DNA of 64,000 nt. Source: a virus. Below are positions 38,612-50,700 of this stretch, piece after piece (the first letter of the stretch is position 1; every line of letters begins with the position of its first letter). Where the stretch lies: positions 1-64,000 of IMG/VR virus record IMGVR_UViG_3300042303_000421; one strand, written 5' to 3'. The position numbers were made by a program, and so were the translations under genes. The notes under the pieces were generated by a model. That model worked only from the letters and a program-made list of their open reading frames with translations, was not told where the DNA came from and ran no database searches.

Positions 38612-39550
38612 ATGAAACAAGGAGTATATCAAATAAGAAATTTAGTAAATAAAAAAAGATATATCGGTAGTTCTATTGATTTAAATAAAAGAAAAGATGA
38701 GCATTTTTACTATCTTAGAAGAAATGCTCATCATAATATACATTTACAAAATTCTTTTAATGAATATGGTGAAAGTAAATTTTTATTTGAAACTATTGAA
38801 TCTAATGATAATTTAGATAGAGATGAACTTTATGAATTAGAGCAGTTTTATATAGATTCTTTTAATTGGGAAAATCTTTATAATATAAATAAAGATGTTA
38901 AAAGTGGTGGTTCAGATGTATTATCTATTCCTATATTACTTTTAGATTTAAATCATAATATTATAGAAGAATTTGAAAGTATTCAACAATGTAGTAGATT
39001 TTTAAATAAATCACAAATTAATTCTAATCGATTAAACAACAATACAATTATTTCTAATAATTATAGAATTGTAACTAAAGATTTTTATGATTCTGAAATA
39101 GAAGAAATTTTAAGTTGGAAAAATAAATTAGAAGAACAACTTGTTGAAGAAGAAAATCGTGAAGAATATAAAAGATTAAATAAAATAATTTATTTAGATT
39201 TAAATAATAAAACATATAGATTTGAAACATTAAAAGAAGCTGGAAATTTTGTAAATCTTTCAAGTGAAAGAGTTAGACAAATACTTAATTCAGATTGGAA
39301 AATTAATCAAAAATATAAATTTTATAATTTGTGTGATAAAGAAACAAAATATCAAAATCAAAAAGAATTAGAAACATATTTACAAAATAAACCCATTAAA
39401 ACAAAATATGATAAATATTACAAATTTGATGAAAAATCAAATGAATGGATAGTTTTTACAGAAGATGAAATTATTGCTAAAGTAGATAATGAACAAAAAG
39501 CTAAACTAATAAGTAAATATTTATTTAAAACATTACAAGAAGAAGAATAA
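38612..39550 (+). CDS. Free-standing GIY-YIG homing endonuclease
   Basis: GVYQI.N..N.K.YIGSS....R...H...L....H.N..LQ, EQ.YID, YNI; NUMOD1-like segments. Confidence 0.9.
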   Translation: MKQGVYQIRNLVNKKRYIGSSIDLNKRKDEHFYYLRRNAHHNIHLQNSFNEYGESKFLFETIESNDNLDRDELYELEQFYIDSFNWENLYNINKDVKSGGSDVLSIPILLLDLNHNIIEEFESIQQCSRFLNKSQINSNRLNNNTIISNNYRIVTKDFYDSEIEEILSWKNKLEEQLVEEENREEYKRLNKIIYLDLNNKTYRFETLKEAGNFVNLSSERVRQILNSDWKINQKYKFYNLCDKETKYQNQKELETYLQNKPIKTKYDKYYKFDEKSNEWIVFTEDEIIAKVDNEQKAKLISKYLFKTLQEEE

Positions 39551-39556
39551 ACACAC

Positions 39557-39591
39557 AAAGGGTAATTAAGTAAAATTAGTTACCCTTTTTT
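39557..39591 (+). terminator. Intrinsic terminator
   Basis: AAAGGGTAATTAA/TTAGTTACCCTTT plus T-run. Confidence 0.8.
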
Positions 39592-39614
39592 AATATAAAA
39601 TTTTTACTAACAAT

Positions 39615-41291
39615 ATGAACAAAATAACAACTTACAATGAAGGTGGTACACATTCCACTAACCCAAATGGTGGAATTCCTATGGGTACAAGTCCTGAAGG
39701 GGCACAAAATACTGTAGAGCAAGGAGAAGCTAGAATGGGTGATATGATATACTCTAATAGAATTCCTTTATCTCAAGAAGCTGTAGAAGCTGTAGGATTA
39801 CCTCGTAAATTTGCAGGTAAAACTCCAGGTCAAATTATGTCTTTAATTGATAAAACATTTAAAGATAGAAATGATCAGCCTTCACAAGCTACTAAAAAAG
39901 ATATTGCTGATAAAGTTGCACAAGCTCAAGAGATGATTAAAGCTCAACAAGAAGCTATGCAAACACAATCACAAGAAGTACCTGATATGATGAATGGTGA
40001 AATACCTGAAGGTATGAATCAATTTGTACTTGGTGGTGATATAACACAAGGTACATTACCTTTAGGAGGTTTAGATGATTTAGCTGGAGGTTTAACTAGT
40101 TTAGCAACAGGTAATAAAGATCAAGCTTTAACTCAAGGTATAACAGGAGGACTTACTTTAGCTGGTACAGCTATTGGTGGACCAGTTGGTGGATTTATAG
40201 GTAAAACAATTGCTGATATTGGAACAGGAATTATAAATGGAGAAAAAGCTAAAAAAGAAGCCCAAAAACAAGCAGTTGTTGATGCTAAAATATTAGGTTC
40301 ACAATATACGTCTGATTTTGCATTAGGTGGTAATATGTATGAAGGTGAAGGTCCTTTAGGATTTCGTAAATCTACAAGTACAATACCTCAAGTTGGAGCA
40401 CCAATTGGTAAAATACTACCAACTGTAATGAATCAAAATATTCGTAGACAAGTAACACCAGTTAATTCATTAAAAGTTGATAATAAAACATTTACAGCTA
40501 ATGGTCCTGTACTAACTGATAAAAGTCAATTACCTCAAATTGGACAATCTACTACTACTGAAAATAAATTTAATTGGAAAAAAGTAGGAGATGAAGTTAA
40601 AAAAAATTATCCTCACGTATTAAGAGCTGCTCCAGTAGCAATGAATCTTGCAGAATTAGCTAGACTTAAAAAGAATGGTTACGATAAAGTAAATCCTGTT
40701 TTAAATGATACTAGATTTAAACCTGAATATATTGATGAGAAATCATTAGTTAATTTAGCTAATAGTGAAATGAATAATTCTATAAATGCAATTAGTCAAA
40801 TGGGAGGTTCGCAAGGAGCTACTAGAAACGCTATAATTGCAGCAGGATTAAATAAAAATAAAGCTTTAAATCAAGCAATGATTGAAGCTCAAGGTAAAAA
40901 TATAGCAACTAATCAATTTGGTCAACAATTTAATAATCAAAATACTGAAGCTAATATAGCACGTACAGTAATGGCTGAAGATTTAACAGCTCGTAATAAA
41001 GGTGCTTATGAAACTAATAGAAGTAAATTAGTTGGTCAATTAGGTACAGATATAGGTTCTATTGGAAAAGAAGAAGTATTTAAAGATATTGCAGAAAATA
41101 TGACAGGTTATACTTGGTTAGGAGAATATTTAAAAATAAATCCTAATGCTACTGAAGAAGAAGTAAAAGCTGCTGCACAAGAAGAAGTTAAAAAGAAAGG
41201 TACAACTTATTTTAAAAATAGACCTTCAATAGATACATCACCAATTACCACAGGAGCTTATGGTGGTAAAATGAAATTTAAAAAATATTAA
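39615..41291 (+). CDS. Putative ejection/cargo protein
   Basis: GGTH..NP.GG....VE.GE start, Gly-rich hydrophobic segment, Q/N-rich coils. Confidence 0.6.
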   Translation: MNKITTYNEGGTHSTNPNGGIPMGTSPEGAQNTVEQGEARMGDMIYSNRIPLSQEAVEAVGLPRKFAGKTPGQIMSLIDKTFKDRNDQPSQATKKDIADKVAQAQEMIKAQQEAMQTQSQEVPDMMNGEIPEGMNQFVLGGDITQGTLPLGGLDDLAGGLTSLATGNKDQALTQGITGGLTLAGTAIGGPVGGFIGKTIADIGTGIINGEKAKKEAQKQAVVDAKILGSQYTSDFALGGNMYEGEGPLGFRKSTSTIPQVGAPIGKILPTVMNQNIRRQVTPVNSLKVDNKTFTANGPVLTDKSQLPQIGQSTTTENKFNWKKVGDEVKKNYPHVLRAAPVAMNLAELARLKKNGYDKVNPVLNDTRFKPEYIDEKSLVNLANSEMNNSINAISQMGGSQGATRNAIIAAGLNKNKALNQAMIEAQGKNIATNQFGQQFNNQNTEANIARTVMAEDLTARNKGAYETNRSKLVGQLGTDIGSIGKEEVFKDIAENMTGYTWLGEYLKINPNATEEEVKAAAQEEVKKKGTTYFKNRPSIDTSPITTGAYGGKMKFKKY

Positions 41292-41293
41292 TA

Positions 41294-43147
41294 ATGAATA
41301 GATATACAAATATGTCCGTTTCTGCATATGATCCGTTATCACTACAAGAAGTATTAATGGCCCCAGTTATGAAACGTCAGCAACACGATCAAACTTCTGC
41401 TCAATTAGGTGCATTAGAAGCTGAATTAGCTAAAATAGATCCTTTAGATGTTCATAATGAATATGCTAAAGCTGAAAGAGCTAAATTAGCTGATAAAATA
41501 AATCAACAAGCTGAGTTATTAAATAAACAAGGTTATACAAATAATACTAAAGGTGATTTATTAAAATTTAATAGAGAATTTCAAGAAACTATATCACCTA
41601 CAGGTACAATAGGTCAAATAAATCAAGCAAAAGTAGTACACGATCAATTATACAAAGATTGGATGTCTACAGAAGAAGCTAAGAAAGCAGGACCTGAAGT
41701 AGCTACTCAACGTTGGTTAGAACATAGAAAAAAATATGCTGATGATTTTGGTCTTAATCAAAAAGTTAAACCAATTGGTCAAATGGTTGCTCCTAAATTT
41801 CAAGATTTAGAAGCAGATATAAAAGATTTTATGACAGGTTTAGGTGAAACAACTAAAGGTTGGATTACAAAAAACGGTTATGGTTTTGATGAAGGTCCTG
41901 AAGGTACTTTAATTATGGTTACAGAAACAGGTAAAAGAGTTACAAGTGATAATGTAAAACAAATTGAAAGTGCTACACAAAGACTTGCTGAAAAATGGAT
42001 TAAAGAAAATGCACCAGGTCGTGAGTGGGCAGATTTTACAAGTACAGATAAAAATTATATTATAAATCAAATTAATTTAGCTGCTGGTTCTAAAATTAAA
42101 ACTAAAGTAGATGATTCTTTATCTACAGGTAGAACTTGGAAAGGTGATTTAAAGAAAAAAGAAGAAGAAAATTCCAATGTACCTTCAGTTACAGAACCTG
42201 TAGTTGAATTTAATAATAACAAAACAAATTTAGCTTCTTCTTTAAATAAATTAGGTCAATATAAACCTTCTGTAACAAATGTTAGAATTACTAGTACTGG
42301 TCCTGGAGGATTTAATACTAAGGAATCAGCTGCAAATGGTGTTTATACTGAAAAAGATTTAAGTAAATCTGAGTTAGAATATTATGATACTATGTATAAT
42401 GCTATGAAAAATAGTGGTCAAATAGATGCTAAAGAACCTAAGTTTTCTAAAGCTAATGTTACTAAAATCCAGCAATATATTAAAAATACACAAAATTATT
42501 CTTTTTCTAATAAAATATTAAAACCTACAGCGGTAGATAATAATTTACAAAAACCTTTAGTTTTTACATCTAAAAAAGGTACAGATATGAATACTCATCT
42601 TTTACAAGAAGTTTCTTCAGGTAGAAGAACTTTAATAGACAAAGATTCTCAAAAAACAATTGATTTATCTAAATATCCAAATTATAAAGTAGAATATGTA
42701 GGAATGGTTTCACCAGATAATGTTTTAACTAAAAATGATAAAACTACTTTTAATGATGATTCTTTTGTTTTACCACATGTTGTACAAATTACATATAAAG
42801 AAGGTGGTGTAGAAAAAAGAAAAGAAGTTTACATGGATAGAGATTCTGAAGAAATTAAAAAACCAGAATTTAAAGCTTCTAAAACAATTAAAAATATTAC
42901 ATTAAAAGGAAAACAAGCTCCTGGTTTAATTAATAAATATGAAGATAAAACTTTAAACGAAATTGGTTTAAAAGAAATTGAAAGTGTTTATGTAGCTGAA
43001 CAAGATGGATATATTGTTAAATATAAAAAAGCTAATGGTGAAACCTATCAAGAAACAGATGATAATGGTAATCCTTTAGTATTACCTTCTGAATATGTAC
43101 AAAATCAAATTTATGAAATGTACGATAGAAGATTTAATAAAAAATAA
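41294..43147 (+). CDS. Putative ejection/cargo protein
   Basis: 617 aa between cargo genes, upstream of vRNAP. Confidence 0.55.
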   Translation: MNRYTNMSVSAYDPLSLQEVLMAPVMKRQQHDQTSAQLGALEAELAKIDPLDVHNEYAKAERAKLADKINQQAELLNKQGYTNNTKGDLLKFNREFQETISPTGTIGQINQAKVVHDQLYKDWMSTEEAKKAGPEVATQRWLEHRKKYADDFGLNQKVKPIGQMVAPKFQDLEADIKDFMTGLGETTKGWITKNGYGFDEGPEGTLIMVTETGKRVTSDNVKQIESATQRLAEKWIKENAPGREWADFTSTDKNYIINQINLAAGSKIKTKVDDSLSTGRTWKGDLKKKEEENSNVPSVTEPVVEFNNNKTNLASSLNKLGQYKPSVTNVRITSTGPGGFNTKESAANGVYTEKDLSKSELEYYDTMYNAMKNSGQIDAKEPKFSKANVTKIQQYIKNTQNYSFSNKILKPTAVDNNLQKPLVFTSKKGTDMNTHLLQEVSSGRRTLIDKDSQKTIDLSKYPNYKVEYVGMVSPDNVLTKNDKTTFNDDSFVLPHVVQITYKEGGVEKRKEVYMDRDSEEIKKPEFKASKTIKNITLKGKQAPGLINKYEDKTLNEIGLKEIESVYVAEQDGYIVKYKKANGETYQETDDNGNPLVLPSEYVQNQIYEMYDRRFNKK

Positions 43148-43149
43148 TT

Positions 43150-46100
43150 ATGGAAAAAGAAAAAGAATTTGATCCTTTTAAAGTATTATCTAAATCTACA
43201 TATGATCAAAAATTTACATCACCTATGTCTAAAACTACAGAAAGTGGTTCTGGAGACATGTATGGTTATAATGTTGGATTAGGTTCTTCTAAATATGATA
43301 AAAATTTATCTCCCACTACAAGTATTGAGTTTAATGATTTTGTAGATTCTTTAGAAGACTATAGATCTAAAAATCAACCCTGGATAGATAAAGCAGGTGC
43401 AGGTTTAGCTAGAGTAGGACTTAAAGTAGGTGTAGAATTAGCTAAAATGCCAGGATTTATTGGTGGTGCAATAGCAGCTCCATTTGCTGAAGAAGGTCAA
43501 GGTTGGGAAACATTTGTTAATAATTCCTGGGTTAAATCATTAAATAATTTAAATCAAAAAATTAATAATGAGTATTTACCTGTATATGTTAAAAAAGCTG
43601 TAGCAGAAGGTAATTTATGGGCAAATATTACATCTATTGATTTTTGGGCTACAGATGGTGCTGATGGTATAGGATATATTGTATCTATGATGGCACCAGG
43701 AGCTATTTTAAAAGGAATTGGTGTAGGTAATAAATTAGCAAAACTTGGAGCAAATGAAAAACTTTTAAAAGTTTTAAATAGAGCTGATCCTTTACTTTCT
43801 GCACAAAAAGGAGATGTTATTACTGCAACAATTGCAAATACTATGTTTGAATCTGCTGCTGAAGCAGGTAATGCTATGGAAAATTTTGATAAAACTAAAG
43901 ATACTTTTATACAATCACAATTATCTAAAGGTTTAACCGCAGAAGAAGCAGAACAAACATTTACTGAACAAAAAGCTAGATTAGGTAGAGATATATTTAT
44001 AGCAAATACTGCTATTTTAATGGGTCCCAATGCTTTACAATCAAACATGTTATGGGGTCGTACAGTTAATAAAACAGCCACTGAAGTTTTTGATAAAAAA
44101 GGTACTTTATTACAAAACGTGATAAATCCTCAAATATATAAAAAAGTTAGTCGCAGACTTGGAGATATTGGTAAAGCAACAATTTCTGAAGGTTTATGGG
44201 AAGAAGGAATGCAGATGAGTGTTGAACATATGTTTACTAATTCAGCTAAAAAAGGTCAGTTAACTAATAATATGTTTAATGATTTTAATTTAGGAGAATT
44301 AGGTGATGCTTATTTAAATACTATCTCGTCTACTGAAGGTCTAAAAGCAATGTTTTTAGGAGCTTTTTTAGGTGGTGGTATGCAAGCATTTAGTGGAGGT
44401 AAACAAGATATTAGAGATAGAAAAGCAACACAATCATTATTAGATGTAGCACATACATCTATTGATAGTTATTATAAAGCTTTAACTGAAAATGTATATA
44501 ATGAAGATGGTTCTGTTAATGTAACAAAAGCAAGATCTAAAGTAGCTGCTTTAAAAAACTTAGAAACTTTAGACGAAATGTATCAAAATGCATTAGCTAA
44601 AGGTGATTTTGAAGTTCTTGAAGAATTAAGAGATATTGCAGGTTCTCAACTTGCAATGGGTTTTATAATGAATGATAAATTAGGACTAGAAGTTTTAAGA
44701 AAGCATTTAGAAGAATCTACTCAATTAGAAGAAGTATTACAAAAAGAACAAGAGTTAGGTAATAAAGTTTCTAAAAAAGATATTGTAGAGCGTGTAATGT
44801 CTAAAGCAACTTTAATGGAAAACGCTTTAAGTAATTTTCAAAAGTTTGCACCATCATTATATAATCCTACATTTAAAGATGAATCTTTAACTGAAGAAGT
44901 TAAACAACAAAAAACACAAGAGTTTAGAAAGGTTTTAGCACAAAATTATTTAACTAATAAAGTAGTTAAAGATATTTATAATAAAAAAATTAAAGAACTC
45001 GAAAAAGATAAAGCTCAAATATTAGCAGATTTAGGTTATTCATCTAGTGTCAATTTAGATTTAGATAATTATACTGTTGATATAGAACAAGCAAATAAAG
45101 TTGATAAAGATGTTTTAGAAACTTCTGATGAGCGTTTACGTAAAGTAACAGAAGATTTAAAAGAATTAAAAGAAGAATTTCAACAAGTTGATAAATTAGA
45201 TAAATTATTTTGGAATAAAGAAAGAATTCAAAAAGATTTTGATAAATATAACAATCAAGTTAAAAAAGATGAGAAAGCTGTTACACCTGAAAAATTAGAA
45301 CAATATGATTCAGTATTAGGTGAAATCGCAGAAATAGAATCAATTAAAGAACTTGAAAGTTATGCTAGAAATCTTAAAGAAGAATATCAGACAAATCCTG
45401 TAATACTTGATAAGTTAGCTGAACATAAAGTAGCTTTAGAAACAGCATTAGAACTTAAAAAAGCAAAAGAAGAAGCTGATGTAATTCAAGAAGATGAAGA
45501 ACAATTTGAACAAGATGAAGTTATTGGTACTACTACAGTTAATACTGATACTAAAAGTGCTACAGATATAACAATTGTTACAGATTTAGAAACATTACAA
45601 AATTCTGAAACTTCAGAAGTAGAAGATACTATTGAAGATCCTAATAATTTTTTAGAATTAAAAGAAAATACAAATCCTGAATTTTCAGATAAAAATCAAA
45701 GTGCTGCTAGAATTATTAGTACTTATCAAGATACTGGTGAATCAATTCCAGGATTAGAATCATTTGTAGAATATGAAAAAGAAACACGAAATAAAACAAA
45801 TGATAAAGTTACATTTAGTTTAGGTGATTTAACACAACAAAAACAAGATCAATTAATGAGTTCCATATTAGATAAATTAAAAAATGATGGTACATTAAAT
45901 GATAAACAAATTGAAATGTTAGAAAATTATTTACTTATTAAAGTTACACTTTCAAATGGTACTAAATCAGCATCATCTTTTATAGATTCAATGTCACATC
46001 CTAATCCTGATATAGTAACTAGAGAAACATTACCTTTACGTAAAGCTATTATAAAGGCTTTAGTAGACAATCAAGGTAGTTTTGAAGGTATAGAAGGTAA

Positions 46101-47703
46101 AGTAGATAAACAGTTCACAGGAGTGCTTAAAATAGGTGAGCAAGGTGGTAGTATATTAAATCTTGCAGTATTTGAAGGAATGACCGAAAAAGAAAAGATT
46201 AATTACTTTAAAAAGAATACCATATATGTAGGTAATAAAGGAATGGTTAAACATACGGCTACTGATTTACCAGTTCATAATTTAAATCTTAAAGCTAGAA
46301 GTAAAGGTGAAGTATTTTTACTTATACCTATGATTAATGGTGAAATGTTTCCTTTAAAATTAAACACTAATAAATTAAGTGATGAAAAAGCATCAGCTAC
46401 ATTAGATTTAATTATATTACGTTCAAGATTATTAAGTCAAAAACAAGATATGACTTTTGATGAATTACAAGAGTATATTACTAATAATGATTTAGGAGCT
46501 ATTCAAACTGAATTTGATTTTGTTAAACGTGAAGAAGATAATATTGATCAAACTTTAGAAAGACTTATTAACTTTATAGTATTTTCTCAAAATACAAATA
46601 CTAAGACTAGATTAGAATTAAAACCTAATGGTGTTTTATTATTAGGAGAATTACTTCATAAATTTAATGATAAATTACCTGCATTTGATGGAGATAAAGT
46701 AAAACATTATTATTATACTAATGAAATACTTGAAAGTTTATCTGGTGTACAAAGACAATCATTAATTGATTATTTAAAATATAAAAGACATAATGTATTA
46801 ATTACTAAAGATGGTAATGCTACATTTAATAATGATGCTTATATTAAATATTTATTAGGAACTGAAACAGGTTATTCTGTTTTATCTACTAACGCAATAA
46901 CTAATGAACCAACATTTCAAGGTTATTCAAATATTTATTTAAGTCAATCAGTTACTAATAAAACAGAACCTAAAATTAAAAAAGCTGAAGATACTGATGA
47001 TACACAAAGTCTTTTAGATAGTCTTAATTATGGTAATATTGTAGAAGAACCTATAACTACTCAATCTGAAATAGAAGCTAAAAAAGCTGATATAGAAAGA
47101 AGATTAGGAATAAAATTACCTGTAAAAAACACTTCTCTACCTGTATCTTCTAAAACATGGGGAGATAGAAAATCTCTTGCAAATCAATTATCTTCTGAAT
47201 TAAAAGGAGTAGTTGAAAGAGGTGTATCTATGCAAGAATGGTTAGATAAAGGATATGGAAGACAATTAGCTACTTGGACAGACGAAACTATTATTGAGTT
47301 TTTAGAAGTAGCTGATATAGAAAAAAGAAGACAAGAAAAGTTAGAAGCTTATAAATTAAAAAAAGACGGAACTCCTAAAAATGAAGCAGAATTAACCAAA
47401 GTATATGCAATAGATGATGTTAGAATTATCAATGCTAAATATGATGCAGAACTAAAAACATTAGAAACTCAAAATGTTCTTCCTACAGCTAATATTAATC
47501 AACCAGTATTAACTACTGAAAGTGAATTAGTTACCAAATTTAATAGTTTATCAGAAACTCAACAACTTGAAACAATTGAAACTTTAGCTGAAAAACTTAA
47601 TAAACCTATTGATTCTTTAGTTGGTGAATCATTCATTGAAATGTTTAAAGAATTAACAAAAGGTGTAGAAAATAATAAAATTATAAAAATATGTGGATTT
47701 TAA
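43150..47703 (+). CDS. Large virion ejection protein
   Basis: 1517 aa; Gly/Ala hydrophobic helices, SEG..EEG.Q motif, long coiled coils. Confidence 0.65.
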   Translation: MEKEKEFDPFKVLSKSTYDQKFTSPMSKTTESGSGDMYGYNVGLGSSKYDKNLSPTTSIEFNDFVDSLEDYRSKNQPWIDKAGAGLARVGLKVGVELAKMPGFIGGAIAAPFAEEGQGWETFVNNSWVKSLNNLNQKINNEYLPVYVKKAVAEGNLWANITSIDFWATDGADGIGYIVSMMAPGAILKGIGVGNKLAKLGANEKLLKVLNRADPLLSAQKGDVITATIANTMFESAAEAGNAMENFDKTKDTFIQSQLSKGLTAEEAEQTFTEQKARLGRDIFIANTAILMGPNALQSNMLWGRTVNKTATEVFDKKGTLLQNVINPQIYKKVSRRLGDIGKATISEGLWEEGMQMSVEHMFTNSAKKGQLTNNMFNDFNLGELGDAYLNTISSTEGLKAMFLGAFLGGGMQAFSGGKQDIRDRKATQSLLDVAHTSIDSYYKALTENVYNEDGSVNVTKARSKVAALKNLETLDEMYQNALAKGDFEVLEELRDIAGSQLAMGFIMNDKLGLEVLRKHLEESTQLEEVLQKEQELGNKVSKKDIVERVMSKATLMENALSNFQKFAPSLYNPTFKDESLTEEVKQQKTQEFRKVLAQNYLTNKVVKDIYNKKIKELEKDKAQILADLGYSSSVNLDLDNYTVDIEQANKVDKDVLETSDERLRKVTEDLKELKEEFQQVDKLDKLFWNKERIQKDFDKYNNQVKKDEKAVTPEKLEQYDSVLGEIAEIESIKELESYARNLKEEYQTNPVILDKLAEHKVALETALELKKAKEEADVIQEDEEQFEQDEVIGTTTVNTDTKSATDITIVTDLETLQNSETSEVEDTIEDPNNFLELKENTNPEFSDKNQSAARIISTYQDTGESIPGLESFVEYEKETRNKTNDKVTFSLGDLTQQKQDQLMSSILDKLKNDGTLNDKQIEMLENYLLIKVTLSNGTKSASSFIDSMSHPNPDIVTRETLPLRKAIIKALVDNQGSFEGIEGKVDKQFTGVLKIGEQGGSILNLAVFEGMTEKEKINYFKKNTIYVGNKGMVKHTATDLPVHNLNLKARSKGEVFLLIPMINGEMFPLKLNTNKLSDEKASATLDLIILRSRLLSQKQDMTFDELQEYITNNDLGAIQTEFDFVKREEDNIDQTLERLINFIVFSQNTNTKTRLELKPNGVLLLGELLHKFNDKLPAFDGDKVKHYYYTNEILESLSGVQRQSLIDYLKYKRHNVLITKDGNATFNNDAYIKYLLGTETGYSVLSTNAITNEPTFQGYSNIYLSQSVTNKTEPKIKKAEDTDDTQSLLDSLNYGNIVEEPITTQSEIEAKKADIERRLGIKLPVKNTSLPVSSKTWGDRKSLANQLSSELKGVVERGVSMQEWLDKGYGRQLATWTDETIIEFLEVADIEKRRQEKLEAYKLKKDGTPKNEAELTKVYAIDDVRIINAKYDAELKTLETQNVLPTANINQPVLTTESELVTKFNSLSETQQLETIETLAEKLNKPIDSLVGESFIEMFKELTKGVENNKIIKICGF

Positions 47704-47735
47704 TTTGGAATTGTCAAATAAATTTCGTATATTTG
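47704..47735 (+). promoter_or_regulatory. Bacteroidota-type promoter for vRNAP gene
   Basis: TTTG 47704-47707, N20, TATATTTG 47728-47735. Confidence 0.75.
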
Positions 47736-47750
47736 TAAAAATGTATAAAT

Positions 47751-50700
47751 ATGAAATGTAAAAGAATAGCTTACACAGGAAAAGCTGAATCAATATTATT
47801 TGATACTATTTATGATAAAATAGCAAATCAAAATGAAAAAGTAGCAGAAGAACTGTTTGCATATTTTGGTAAAGAATCATTTATTGAAGATTTTGGAGAT
47901 TATCTTCAAGATTATAAAAATAATAAATATGATTCTAACAGAATTGATGAGAATGGTGAACCTGCTTTATTTTATGATGACACAGCTAAAAAACATTATT
48001 ATTTAAATAAAAATAATGAAAAAGTATATTTTCCTTTAGTTGATAGAGGTTTACGTGCTATTTATAGTTATAAACAAATTGCTAAAATTAAATCAAGATT
48101 AGCTTTAAATTATTTTAAAAATTCTGGATTAGATTTTAATAATATTGAATTTAGTGAAGGTGAAAGTTTACCAAATTTAAGAAATTTTATTATTAAAGAA
48201 ATTACAGATAAAGCTACAGAACTTAAAGAACAAGGTGGAGTGAGTTTACTTAAAGCACGAAGCCTTGAACGTTCTTTAAAATATGTTGATGAATTAGTTG
48301 AAAATGTAGAAAACTTTTTTAGAGAGTTATCTATTGAAATTATAGAAAATGAAGAAGATACTTCTTTTTTAGAAGAAGAAGGTAGAGATCCATCATTTAA
48401 TCAACATTCTGCAGAAAGAAATACTAAAGATAATATTAGTGCTAATGTTAAACTTAGATTAAGTTTATTAGAAGACCCTAATACCTTAGATCCTATATGG
48501 AATGAACCTACTTTTTTAGATAGAGATATGGTTTATTCTACATTACAAAGTGTATTGTCTAATGAAATTGCTTTACCTAGTGAAGATTTGTTTGAAAATT
48601 ATAAAACATATTTAAGTAGAGTTCAAGATAAAAAACCATACTTAAAAGGATTATTAGAATATTTAAATAAAGTTACATCTGAAAATCAAAAAAGTGAATT
48701 TGTTCAAGCATTTAATCTTATTAAAAATAATCATATAGTAACTCAATTTGAAATTACTAAACGTGTTGTTAATGAAGAAACTGGTGAAACAGAAATGTTT
48801 GTAGAACATAGAAGTTTACCTATTTCAGATACAGGTTCTAAGATTACAGTAGTTAAAGATGCTTGGGATATTAATTTTCAAAATAATTTTTTAACTGCTG
48901 ATAATACATTAAAAACAGGTTCAATTGAAAGATTGAATAAAGCTTCTAATGTATTAAAACAATATTTTAAAGATAGTGAGTTATTAACAGAAGATAATGT
49001 AGAAGGATTTGAAATTTTAGCAAATAAATCAATTAAATTTTTAGAAACATTAGGTGTTAATTTAACTAAAGAGGGATTTGATAATTTTATAGACAATTTT
49101 GGTAAAGATATTACATTTAATGATAGATTAAAAAACTTAAAAACTTTAATTAATCAAACAGAATATGTTGTAAATGGTATTAAAACTAAATATAGTTATA
49201 AATCAGAAGATTACTCTAGTTTTATAGGATTGTCTCAAACACTTACAAAGTTAGCTTCATCTGAAGCTTTCTTTTTAAATGAAGGTTCTGATGCTACAAT
49301 TGTTACATCTTCTTCTACTGGTAAATCAAAACAAAAATGGATTTATTCATATCCTTCTTATGTATCAACAAAAGTTAAACAATGGAAAAAAAATCCTAAA
49401 TTATTATTAGATTTGTATAAATCTGGTAATTATCAATTAGGTTCTTTCTATATGGGTGTTTTAACAGGTACTATTAATAATAAAGGTGAAAAATTAAATC
49501 TTGAAGAAAAAGATCAATTAGAACTATCTAAGAAGATTTTAGAAGGATTAGATGTTGCTATTATGAATCAAATGTCTTCTGATAGTGAGTACAAAGAAAC
49601 TACCAATTTATCTTATAAAGATTATTTAGTAGATTATGTTAATAAAGTACTTAAAGAAGATGATTTTATTAGAACAACAACTCCTGCAGATAAAACAACA
49701 GAATTACAAATTAAAACAGGAATTAGATTAAATTCATTTAATGGTTTAAATCAAGATAAAAAAATTAATATTAGACCTAGAACATTAGACATATTTTTTA
49801 ACTATTTTAGTTCAGAATATAATAGAATGTTAGAAGCTAATCAAGATGTTATTAATGCTGAAACTAATCCTGAAAAATATAAATTAACACCTCATTATCA
49901 TTATCAATATGAAATTAAAGATAAAAATGGTAATAAAATTATAAATCCAAATCCTTATGATAAAAGTGGTAATGCTTTCAAATCACAATATTTTGAAAAG
50001 TTGTCACCAAATTCAAAAGGTCAAACTAATTTAGAAGACCAAATTACTAATTTATTATATGATAATAAAGGTAATTTTAACTTTCAGAAATTAACAAGAG
50101 AAAGTAGTGAAGAATTAAATAGTTTATTTAATCAATATATTACTACTAACTTAAGATCTCGTATTGAACAAACAATTAGTTATTTACAAGCTAATGAAGT
50201 ATTTATTAGAAATAAAGAAGGTATAATTGTACCTAATAAAATAGATTCTAAAATATTAACAAGTGGAGCATATAGAAACGTATCAGCAGCTCAAAAAGCA
50301 ATTGCGTTTGCTACTGACTTTATAATTAACGGTTTAGTTTCTAATGTTGAATATTCTAAAATGTTTACAGGTGATGTAGCATTTTATAAGAATATGGTAG
50401 ATTATAAAAAACGTGTACCTGCATCATATACTGATGGTTTGCAATTAAGAATAACTCAAGGTAATGAATTTTTTAATATTGCTACTATTGAAAGTGTATA
50501 TCGTAAATCACCTTTTTATGACTTACTTGTTGAAAGTTTAAGTGAAGAAGGAGCTAGACCTTATGAAAATATTAACTCTGCTGATGCTCAAGCATGGATT
50601 ACACCTAAACGTTGGAAATTTTTAATTCAAGCATTAGGTAAATGGACTAAAGTTCATGATGAAGTTTATAAAAAAATGATTTCTAATAATATTGAACAAT

